In this document: positions 1 to 11,300 of the stretch, piece after piece
Layout: every line of letters starts with the position of its first letter
How positions within the stretch are numbered: position 1 is the first letter of the stretch
Assembly: GCA_032718475.1 (NCBI GenBank)
Contig: JAUCBJ010001772.1
Location: 8,254-72,253 of the forward strand
DNA from: Nemertoderma westbladi
Taxonomy: Eukaryota > Animalia > Xenacoelomorpha
Direction of reading: 5' to 3'
Length of the DNA: 64,000 nucleotides
Position numbers and translations under genes: made by a program
Notes under the pieces: model-generated
Seen by the model: the letters and a program-made list of their open reading frames with translations, nothing else
Told to the model about the DNA's origin: nothing
The model's database searches: none

Positions 1-1
1 A

Positions 2-397
2 GTTATCACCTACCACAGTATGGGAGTAACCGCCATCCAGCGGCACCCAAGGGAACCCAACCTCCTGCTGAGCGGCTCCTACGATGAGACCTGCGGGCTG
101 TGGGACCCGCGGAACTATACCGCCCCTCTCGCTGTGACGCAAACTAGCGGCGGAGTGTGGCGGTTACGATGGGAACCCGCTCATTGTGAGGTAGTAGCCG
201 CAGCTTGTATGTACGGTGGGTGGAACGTTCTAGAACCGAGGACATCCACTGTGTTGGGTTCAATACCACTGCGTAACGAAGGTTCTCTGGGTTATGGCGT
301 GGACTGGATGTTTGGTAGGGAAACCGGTACCGCTATTATAGCCTGTTGTTCGTTTTATGATCATACTTTGGGCATCTGGTCATATAAATTTAACTAG
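2..397 (+). CDS. DPH7: Diphthine methyltransferase/methylesterase DPH7 (WDR85), 3' part; 5' end lies outside the window
   Basis: Frame is open from base 2: VITYHSMGVTAIQRHPREPNLLLSGSYDE...WDPR...GGVWRLRW...AACMYGG...SLGYGVDW...CSFYDH...W. These are the characteristic C-terminal WD40 motifs of DPH7/WDR85. Stop TAG at 395-397. Confidence 0.9.
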   Translation, partial: VITYHSMGVTAIQRHPREPNLLLSGSYDETCGLWDPRNYTAPLAVTQTSGGVWRLRWEPAHCEVVAAACMYGGWNVLEPRTSTVLGSIPLRNEGSLGYGVDWMFGRETGTAIIACCSFYDHTLGIWSYKFN

Positions 398-525
398 AAT
401 GTATTGTTTTGAAATTATTTTAGAATTAACAAATTGACTGAAAAATATTGATTAGAAAATTTTTATTGTTAAGAAAAATATAATATTGGAGATAAATAAT
501 ATAATTATTGGGACGAAAACTGAGT

Positions 526-1080
526 CGGGACAATTGCGACCCGGACAATTGCGACCCGGACAATTGCAACCCGGACAATTGCGACCCGGACAATTGCGAC
601 CCGGACAATTGCGACCCGGACAATGGCGACCCGGACAATTGCGACCCGGACAATTGCGACCCGGACAATTGCGACCCGGACAATTGCGACCCGGACAATT
701 GCGACCCGGACAATTGCAACCCGGGGAATTGCGACCCGGACAATGGCGACCCGGACAATTGCGACCCGGACAATTGCGACCCGGACAATTGCGACCCGGA
801 CAATTGCGACCCGGACAATTGCGACCCGGACAATTGCGACCCGGACAATTGCGACCCGGACAATTGCGACCCGGACAATTGCGACCCGGACAATTGCGAC
901 CCGGACAATTGCGACCCTGTCAATTGCGACCCAAGCATTTTAGAAAAAATTCGACTGGGTCTCAATTCGACCGGGTCGCAATTGTCCGTCTCGGACAATT
1001 GCGTCCTGGTCGCAATTGCGTCCCAGGAGTTTCGCAATTGTCCGGGTCGCAAATTGTCCGGGTCGCAATTGTCCGGGACG
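526..1080. mobile_element. Foldback/MITE-like element built from a 15-bp unit (GGACAATTGCGACCC): ~27 direct copies followed by several inverted copies
   Basis: Tandem 15-mers at ~526-933 and reverse-complement copies (GGGTCGCAATTGTCC) at ~972-1080. This explains the low-complexity ORFs in several frames. Confidence 0.7.
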
Positions 1081-2933
1081 CAATAAATTGTCCTAATTCC
1101 GACGAAAACATAGATTTTAGTGAATTTTAAGAAAAAATATAAATTTTATTGAACTTAAAAAAACATGTATTAAATATGCAATGCACATGGAGAAAACTAC
1201 TGTCAGACGTTTGAAGAATAAAGTTCAACAATATAAGTCTTTCCCACCAAATATTTATTTTATTATATTATCTTTATATTTAATTTTTATTATATATATA
1301 TATATTTCTTCTATTATTTCACCAATATTATCGAAAATTATTATTTACAACTGCCCAATGACAAGATGTTGACAATAAATCTGCCTAGAGACCCCGAGAT
1401 AAGAATATTCTAAGGGCCCTGGAAAGCATATGCGTATCTCCTGGAGTTAGATTAGGTTAGGTCAAGGTGTGGGGTAGGTCCAGAGTCCAGTTTCAATACG
1501 ATGTTCCAGTATCGAGATAGGATGAATCGGTCTTAGTCTATAGGTGTTGTTGTAAAGGTTATTCAAGTCGAAAACAATAAATATGGGTTTGTTTACTATT
1601 AAATATTGAGTGACGTTTACCAGTTTGGACTGGTACCAGTGTGATTGCGGTGCTGTGGTCCATATAGCATACACCTATAGATAGATACACTATCTGTTCC
1701 AATAGATTCGATTGTCGAAGCCGTGCGCGCTTGTCTTGTCTCCTGTGTTATTACGCCGCTCAGTGGTTGATTGGGTTTAGGTTTGCTCTACTACTACGGT
1801 GCGGTTGAATCTCGCTACGTTTTAGTTCATTCAATTAAGGCTTTATAATTGTTGAACTCATTTCCGTGATGCAGTTTCATAATAGAGACTAAATTTATTT
1901 ACTTTTTCAAGTTTCGGTCGCGGATGTTGTTTTATTATATTTTTATTGAGAATGGAGGTGCAATATTATTATTAACATAAGTGATCAACTGGCGCCTCGC
2001 CTCGCCTATTATATCGAAACAATGTTGCTTTTGGAACAATAGCACCGTAGAAGTTATTCATCAACCACCAGCCCAGCCATCAGCCCTCACTGTCTGTATG
2101 GCTGTTGTAAGTAGTCATACTACATAGTCGAGTCGTATATGGCTATCTCTGGCCTTAATTACGTGTAACTTTATCTATAAATCAACCATTCAACCAACCC
2201 ACATGGGATAACCAAAGCACAAAGGCCAAGTACAAGTACGTCATCTCAACATAACGTGAATCAGGGGTCTTAAAAATTGCGGATTACTTTAAGTTATATA
2301 ATCTTTAATCTCTAAAAACCTCCCACACTATTGGCACTTTAACTATCTGCTCTACAGCTGGTACGACTACAGGCTAATTGCAATGAGTCAAACTTTTAAT
2401 TGGATACAGAAACTCAGACATGTAATGTTGATGTAACTACGCATGTGGGCTCCTTGACTGGTTAATTCCTTGGAATAAATACTCATCTAAGCCTATACTG
2501 TAACAAAGTTTGTGATTGGTTGGTTGGCTCTGTTGGTTAGCCAACCATTACCAGCTGGCTATTGTAAACCTTACAGCACTGCAGGTAATGAATGCCAGAG
2601 TTAACCTACACAAACTATTGGGAAGAAACTGCTATTTACTATAAAGGCTTGCCCTACCCTCTTGCTAGCACTAAAGCTAATTTGTTTATGGTAGCACTTT
2701 TACCATTATCCTGTCGCCAACTTATTAACTTTCACCTGTGAATAACTCATTTTACATTGCAGCGTTGGCCAAGTCCGTTATTTTTATTATCTTTTATATT
2801 TATTCGTAATAATATATTTATTTAGTTAGCAAGATGACTTAATATGTCAATTATATTATAAAATACAATTTATATAAGGCATCTCAGCGAACAATAATAA
2901 TAATTATACCTCGGCAAGTTAGTTATACCGGCC

Positions 2934-3150
2934 CATGTGAATTAGAATTATACCAGACTTTCTGCTGTTATTTTTCACTTTGCAGTTACCCCATGTGAAG
3001 AATACCAGGTTTTCACTAAAACCACAGGTTTCAGAAGGGATGATTCGAACCAAAACAATAAACGAATAAGTATTTATACAGGTTATAACAGTATAAGACG
3101 AAATAACGCCCATGTCGACCGAAAAGTGAAAACCTGTATTCTTCACATGG
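2934..3150 (+). repeat. Dispersed repeat carrying a single copy of the 54-bp unit that is amplified at 49501-51097
   Basis: ATACCAGACTTTCTGCTGTTAT...CACTTTGCAGTTACCCCATGTGAAG followed by AACCAAAACAATAAACGA. The same order of motifs occurs at ~40200-40390 and 49501-51400, and a partial copy at 10636-10685. Confidence 0.7.
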
Positions 3151-4444
3151 GCGGTTATACCCTCCCCACCCCCCCCCCCCCTCCCTCCCCCTTTTTAGGC
3201 CCTGGACATTAAATAAATTTTTAAAATTTTGCTCCTTTACTAACCAACATTTAAAATATATTAACTATTTTTATTGTTTTGGTCCCCCAAAAACCCACCT
3301 TTATAAGAACTGTAACATTATTCTTTACTAATGTGACTACAAATGCAATTAGTATTTATATTTTGTTGCCAATCAATTTTATATGGGGGGGGGGGGGGGG
3401 GGGGGGGATTGATCCATAAGGGGCAAGTGAGGTTCTATAGGGCCGGATTTAGGCATAGGCAATTAGGCCTTAGCCTAGAGGGCCTCACACAAAAATAATT
3501 TTATAAGAAACATTTTATATAGGCCTATATAATATACTACTTCAATATTGTTATGTTAATAAACCTTATTATAATAAATTTTCGGAAATATATCATCAAT
3601 TCCTTACAATTAAATAGGGGCTCTGAGACCGAGGTGCCCCAAAACCCTAGCCTCACCTTAACAGAGACAAAACAAGCCATTTTATATTTGCAATACTCAA
3701 TACCCAATACTAAACTAACGTTAATTATTTTTCGCTCACTTTGCTCGCGATGGTCACATTTTACTAAACATACATTTAAAGATTTTCTTTCCTACCTGTG
3801 GCTAAGTGCGATTAAATGACCAAATAATATGAACTATAACGGGCGGTGCGTGGATCGTGGAATAAGTAAACTATAAAAAAAATCATGCTACGTTGGTTTG
3901 AGCATATCTGGGTGAGACGAGACCTGAGGGAGACAAATTCACTAGACTACCACAATATCACAACAAACTGTTGTAGGTGTAGGTAGTGTGTTGTGTATCT
4001 GGTCTGGTCCTCGTCATGTATTTATTTTTATTACTGTTTTAGATTAGTAAAAATGCTGCTTGAATCACTACCGGTTCTGTATTGAAACTTTTGTTTGTAA
4101 ACCAGTCATCTTTTTTTTTATTTATATTTATTTTATACATTCACATATCAGACATGTCATGTCCTACAGCTACAGACACATGTATGGAACAAAACTGGAA
4201 CTCGTCAGACAAAGTTACTCTATGACTAATATATATAATACTTAAATAAGCTATTACAGGATAATTCTACATTATGTCTGTCTAGGGGGCCCTGTTTTTG
4301 TATAGACCAGTTGTAGACGGCACGGGGAATAATATCATTTTAGCTTAAACTTTTCATATTACCCATCCAAACTAACTGTTCAAGGCACACAATTGAATAT
4401 TGCTATTATTTGCAACTATTTTTGTTACTCGGTACAGTCCTAGT

Positions 4445-4782
4445 CCTACAAATGCAATACACAGATACAGCAGCAATACAAAATACTACATTTTTATTAA
4501 TTTACAAGTTTGTACAGTGAAGTTGTTGAGGCTATGGCTATGAGGATTGTATATTATTGGTATATTTGGTTTATTACAGTATATTAGTTAGGGTTAGTTG
4601 GTCAGGCCTTAACCATAATTAAAACTGTCATGTAACCCTAACCCTAAGTCATAATCTAAAAAATACCGCTAAATTTCTTATTATGACTTAGGGTGTAGGG
4701 TTAGGGTTATATGACAGTTTCAATTAGTGTTTAGTTCGCCACTACTGTAAATACGACTGTATTTTGTATTGAATTTGTAGGT
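4445..4782. repeat. Nested inverted repeat (MITE-like) with TTAGGG-like motifs in the arms
   Basis: AAAACTGTCATGTAACCCTAACCCTAAGTCATAAT pairs with ATTATGACTTAGGG...GGGTTAGGGTTATATGACAGTTTT. Outer arms are CCTACAAATGCAATAC / GTATTGAATTTGTAGG. Confidence 0.55.
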
Positions 4783-5337
4783 TAGTAGGTACCCCCTACT
4801 CACCCCTACCCCCGTGACATTCCCTACTCTTACTTACTACTTATTACTTATATTTCTTATTACTTATTTCTTACTTACAACTGAATACTAAAACTATATT
4901 TCATCCTCCCTTGCTATCCATTAATCGTTATTGATTGTACATATTTACGACATTACGTCACATTACGCGCTTTCGTTACAATGAGTCACTCATTATCTTC
5001 TCATAAAACAATAAAAATACTCATATACACCCTATGCAAATACAATTGATTGAGTATTTGCAGTCTGTCACCTAACACTGTGGCACCTAATTAGTAGCTC
5101 CTTAGGCTGAGGTATTGCAGTACCGGTATTTTTACTGTTAAGTTTAAAGGATAAGGCATAAATTTACATTTCCGTCTGCGTTGCTTGTTCAGTTCAGTTC
5201 AGCAGTTTGTTACGTAATTATTGTTGGGTTTAACTTTGGTATTAATCTTTAAATTATTTGTCAATTATTTTTAAATGTATATCTAATCTTATCGTCACAT
5301 ATATTCGATTATTTGGGTGTTTTGTGATACTATCGCG

Positions 5338-8300
5338 ATGGGTACCGGTAATGAAGAGTGTTTGAATCTTAAGTTTCTTCTAGTTGGAGAGGAAGGTTCT
5401 GGGAAGACGGCATTGGCCTTAATGTTTACTAGTGGAAAATTCCCGGTGGTGAGTTTAATTAATATTAATAATTAGTTTATATGATGTGATAGGCTAGCCA
5501 AATACATACCGGAATGTAGCTATAATATCTTTTTATAAGTATTTACATACTTGTGTGTAAAGTAGCACTTTACAGTGTGATGATCTGAGTTGGTTTGTTA
5601 CACGAACGAACGTTAGAGAGTGAGTAAAAATAAAGCCACGAGGATCAGAACACTGTAAAGTACTTTGCAACAAGTATGTATGTAGTTTTATTCCAAAATT
5701 TTAACATTACGAAATGATTGTACATATACATTATAAGTGATAGAAACTGTACAAATTATATTAGTTGCTGTATAAATAAATGTAAAAATGACATAAATTA
5801 TGTTATAAATAAGTTAGCTTATATTCTTGGAGCCATGTTATAATAATATACTGTAGCTTGGCCCTACTGGTTATTAATAGCTATACCCCGCCTACCGGTA
5901 GGTAATGCAGTAGGCCTATCTGGCTGTCAGGCAATTAATTATAAATGTCACCTATTGTTTACGTGGTAACCAATGACGCCGTAACTTTACAGCTCGCCGT
6001 CATTGGTTACCACATAAACAAGGGACATTTACAACACCAATACAATACTAAATGTACAGGCCAAATACAATGCTGTAATGTCCTCTAAAGTTGCCAAGTG
6101 CTAAATAACAACTCGCTGTTAATACTAACGGCGTTGAGTAATGTTACAATTTTGGAATAAAATTATTTTTTGAACATCGAATAATTGTAAGTTAATTTTT
6201 TCTTTTAGGTTTACGCGCCGACAATGTTTGAAGTTTATACTCGGACATTCCCAGTCGATAAACAATCCATTGCAATCACAGTGTGGGATAATTCAGGTAA
6301 AAATAAAACGATATAGGAAGATTTCATTCCTGGTTCATTTGTTTAATGGCCAGAGTTGTGGTAATCGTGTTAATTTTTTTACTTGTTTTTGTGATTACAT
6401 ACCGGTATAGTTTTGTAATCAAAATCACATTTCTTAGTTGAGTTTACTGACAACCTGCGTAGCTTGCAGTGCCGGATTAACCTTAAGGCATATAAGGCAC
6501 GTGCCTTAGGGCCAGCCGAAAATACGGGCCATTTTTTATCAACGAGTCATTCCTAAGGCACATTCCTAACGAGTCATTTGTAGAAAACAGAGCAAGAAAG
6601 TGCATCTTTCGACTACTTTCTATCCCTAAATTTGTGATAGAAAGTGAAAATTTTGCTCAGTCGAGGGGTCAGCTGCTGTGTTATTAGTTCGAGACCTGAT
6701 GGCAGGGAAATAATAAAACATTGGTAGTAAAACTTTAAAGTGCTAATTATGAACAATGGATAATTTAATGGAATTTTTTTTTCAATTTAATTTTAATTAT
6801 ATTTGTCGTTATGCTCTTAAACTTTCTAGAACAACCACATAATTTTAGTTGTAGATAAAATAGTTGTTGATAAAGAAGTAACTTCTTGTTACTACTGTAA
6901 TTTAATTTAACCGAAATTCAGATGTTCTGCCCTCGTGTGTATCGCATTTTGCATTCGATGGCATTTTGGGTGCAATTCCTGCAAAACCTAAAACTCTCGG
7001 ACAGCATAATTGAATTTGGGTAAATTAAAATTAGTGACAAAAAGTGCTTATTTCCAAGACTGTTATTATCTTATCGAAGAACATTACTTTCTCAGCAAGT
7101 CCAAATCTAGATCAGAAATATTATATCTTTGCACTAAGCCCACACTTTTGGTGTGTTATATTTCTCAGCAAGTCCTGTAAAGATAAGTACCCTGCGAAAC
7201 CTACCCTACAGAAAATAAATAACACAGTCCCACGATCCGATCAAAATTGTCAAATGCTACAGGGACCAGTCAGCCATAAGGGGGCCAACTATAACCCCTA
7301 CAGAAATGAAATTTTCGAAAATTTACAAATTTTTTTGTAGTTTGATAGAAGGGCTTTCATAAGGTGATATCGGTTTTCAACATTGAATTATTTTTTGACC
7401 TCAAAACTGCTCTTTTCAACAACATAATATATTGCGGATATTTATGACTCTCCGTGTAACAAACCTTTTTATCAGTTTGTCCATTTTGACTTTTTTCATT
7501 ACTAAATTCCCTAACTACTATTTTCTTTTTTACTCAATTGCCATCAAACATATACCAAAATGTTCAGCAGCTTTAGGACTACTATCGTTGGTTTTGTAAA
7601 GCATTGGCATTTGGATATTCTAGAACCGATGTTGTAACTGCTACACTTTGTCTATCACAAAATATTTGATTCCCAAAATATAGCCCGGAAATACTAAAAC
7701 CCCCATAAATTTTTAAAAAACAATAATTTTGTGCTAATAAATAAAATTGTTTTAAAGTTTTCATAGAAGATGCCTACATATCTAGGTCCATTTTACCAAA
7801 GTCTTCGGTCAAGAACTTCAATGCAGGTGGTATTATAGATCCTTAAATATGAGCTAATTTACATAGAAATGCCTCAAAATTTAGAGAATTTTTGAAAAAA
7901 ACCGACCTGCTCAAAAAGTGCCATATTTTTCGAACAAAGAGTTTATGAAGCTATCTATACTCAGTTTTCATAGTAAAACTTCACAGATCATTGTGTTAAA
8001 CTTTCAGAATAGTAGCTTTATAAATAAAACAAATAGATTTGGGGCAATGGTCCCATTAATATATTAAAAATTAAAGCCTGAAATTCTACCAAAAGCATTA
8101 CACTTTTTATAGCAAAGGTTTTATAGGAATAGCATAATATCCCATTTAGTAATGTTACAATTCTTGATGAAAACTATTTTTGCAAAGTACTTATTATTAA
8201 AGTACTTATTGGCACGCAGTCATCAAACGAAAATACTTTATATTTCCTTCACAACATTTTCACAATTTCAGTTGTTTTCAGCAGCTTTTTCTTTTGAAAG

Positions 8301-11300
8301 GGTTTGCGGAAAAATATCAATTTTCGGGCCATTTTTGGAAATTACTAAAATGTGCCTTAGGGCCACCAGAGGCTTAATCCGGCACTGGTAGCTTATGAAA
8401 CTTATATATTTCTTTTTATAGGTAGCCATGACTACGACTCAGTCCGTCCTTTGGCTTACCACGACACCCACGTCATTATATTATGTTATGACGTCACCCA
8501 TCCGGATTCATTGGCAGCTTGTGAATATAGGGTGAGAGTCAAAATCTGTTATATATACCGTAATGGTTGGACGATGCTTTCCGAGGCGTCATGGTTACAA
8601 TCGTGATTGATAAGTGCGGGAGTAAGGGTCTATGCCTCGATACCAACAAATATAAATATTAAATTAATTATTATTTCCAATACGCATTTCGGGCGTCACA
8701 TCCGTCTTCAGGGCTAATTAAAAACAAAAAAGAACAAATTTAAATAAAATAATCATAATTTACTACAATATAGTACGATTATAAACTATCTATTTTACAT
8801 ATTATATTGTCGTAAATCATTTTATTTAAATTTCGGGCGTGACGCCCGAAATGCGTATTGGAAATAATAATTAATTTAAAATTTATATTTTTTGGTATCG
8901 AGGCATATATAGACCCTTACTCCCGCACTTATCATTCACGATTGTTTCAAAGTTTGTTTTTGAAGATACGTGGCGCAAATAGCAAGTGAAAAATGTGTTA
9001 CATATGAAATAAAGTTTCATTTGTTGCTTTGGTTAGAAAACACCGCCGCTGTAACCTGCTCTTTTCCCTTAATGATTTCATTTAAATTAATTTAAACCTC
9101 CCGAACACTTACCATTAATTAATTAATTATTTATTTGTAGTGCCAATAAAGTCACTAATATCAAACATTTATATCACATGTTTTTTTTCAATGTAATTGA
9201 ACTACTACTGGGTCGAGCGAACTCAGACATTGGAAATGAGATCCTTCCAGGCTTCCCGATTATTCGTTTCTCTCAAATGATTTCGTTTCTCTCAAGTTCA
9301 GTATCCATTTCAAGCTGGTCTATATCGGCGTTTGTCATGTGTTGTCTCCAGCTGATGTTTAGGGCTGCCCTTAGTAGTCTTGTGTAGCAACCATCAATTC
9401 GATGTTCAAGTGATTTAGTCAGTGTCCAGGTCTCACCCCCGTATAAAAATACACTTTCCACTGTGGCTCGAAAGAACTTAGTCTTCAGGTGCCTGGAGAG
9501 ATCTGATTTCCAGATGGTATCCATTTTTGATAGAGCTACCCAAGCCTTTGCTTTCCTAACTTCTATGTCCTTTTTGCTACTCTCTATCCATGATCCAAGG
9601 TACTGGAAGTCGTCAACCTTCCTTAGTTGATTATTATCAATGGTTGTCAAGTTTCCATCAACATTAAAGGTCATGAATTCGGTCTTTGTAGCATTTATAT
9701 GCAATCCAACGTCCTTAGCAGCCCTCTCTACTTTATTTAGTAGAAGCTGTGCATCTGCTAGCGTATTAGAGAGCAGGGCGATGTCATCCGCAAAGTCGGT
9801 GTCTGTGACTGTAGTTTCGGATATCTACTACTTCTGAGTTTTTGTAGTGTGAATCCAAGTTGTTCTCCATTTGTAGCCATCCTCATTTCATAATCTAATA
9901 CGATTATGAATAGTAATGGCGCCAATGTGTCCCTTACCTTGCAATACTCCAGCCAGGATGGAGAATAACTCAGTTTAAGTTTAAAGCAGCAATAGAAACA
10001 GTAAGTCTATAATGAACTCTAAAAACTGCATAGGACACCAAATCTCTGGATGGCACATTCACAAGAATGCTACGTCGGGTTCATTGTGTCAAGTACAATG
10101 CACACATCTCCAACCAGACACTATATAACATTGGAGGTGTCTCATTGGTTCCCCCAAGCTTGACACTAGAACAAAATCGCCTCCGCTTTGCAGGACATTG
10201 CTTTCGCCGTGAGGACCAGCCAGTGCATAATCTTGTACTTTGGCAGCCTCATGGAGTGAATAAGCATGGTGTACAGCCCATGACTTTCTTGAGACGCATC
10301 TTAAAGGACACTGGCCTTGAAAATGCGGATGATCTAGCAAATGTCAAGGGTGATAGGGAGTTGTGGCGGCGCAATTTTCACGATAAGCTGGCATCACATT
10401 CTTAATGCACGCTGCATTACTGCATGCCGATTTTGGCATTATAGTGGTGGCACAAATTTATTGTTATTCAGATAAAATTCATTTGACATTCGCAAGTTCG
10501 AGGTGATCGAATTTGTATATGTATACCCAACATTTTAATATAATATAGGCTGTCACATGTTTAAATCGTTGAAACCCCAAGTTGACAATGTTTATAAAAA
10601 TATATGGAACGAAAATAGAACCACAAATCGGCCAATGTGAAGTATACCAGGCTTTCTGGTGTTATATTTCACTTTGCAGTTTACCGGTTACCCGGTGTAA
10701 TTTTATTAAATTTCGGTCGGATTTGTTTTAGTGGTACGAAGAGATTCGTCAGTATTGTCCCAATGTTCCGATAGTTCTAGTCGGTTGTAAATCAGATTTA
10801 AAATCGGACAGAAGAACAGTCGAGTCTTTGGTGAAAAACGGCCAACTGCCAACATCGGCCAGTCAGGTGAGTCGGGTGGGACCTACCATCGGTGAGGATT
10901 AGCCAATCAGGTGAGTCGGGTGGGACCTACCATCGGTGAGGATTAGCCAATCAGGTGAGACGGGTGGGACCTACCATCGGTGAGGATTAGCCAATCAGAT
11001 GAGACGGGTGGGACCTACCATCGGTGAGGATTAGCCAGTCAGCATGCGGGTGTGGTGGTCAGCAGTTCTGATTCTGTGCAGGGATGGCATAACGAAACTA
11101 AAAAAATACATACAAATAAAAATAACGAAACGAAACGAAATAATAAGTGTTTCGATTCGTTTCGTGTTTCGTTAATTAAAAAAGTAATTAATCATAACGA
11201 TATAAATTTATTAATATATTTAAATAATTAAAAAGTTATAAATAATAATAATAATGATATTCTCCTTAATTGCTGTAATGTAAACAGAGTAAATTATTTC

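Noticed and set aside
426-1130. ORFs of (LSGSQ)n, (RPGQL)n and (DNCDP)n resembling pentapeptide-repeat proteins
   Set aside because: They arise from a stop-free 15-bp DNA repeat open in several frames on both strands, with inverted copies.
1380-1760. Possible decayed LINE fragment on the minus strand
   Set aside because: Too degenerate to assign by eye.
4570-4712. Interstitial telomere or chromosome fusion site
   Set aside because: Only two or three TTAGGG-like units per arm, embedded in a MITE-like inverted repeat.
9200-10430. A single LINE with a twin-priming 5' inversion
   Set aside because: The two oppositely oriented pieces overlap the same RT region and are diverged, so they are separate insertions.
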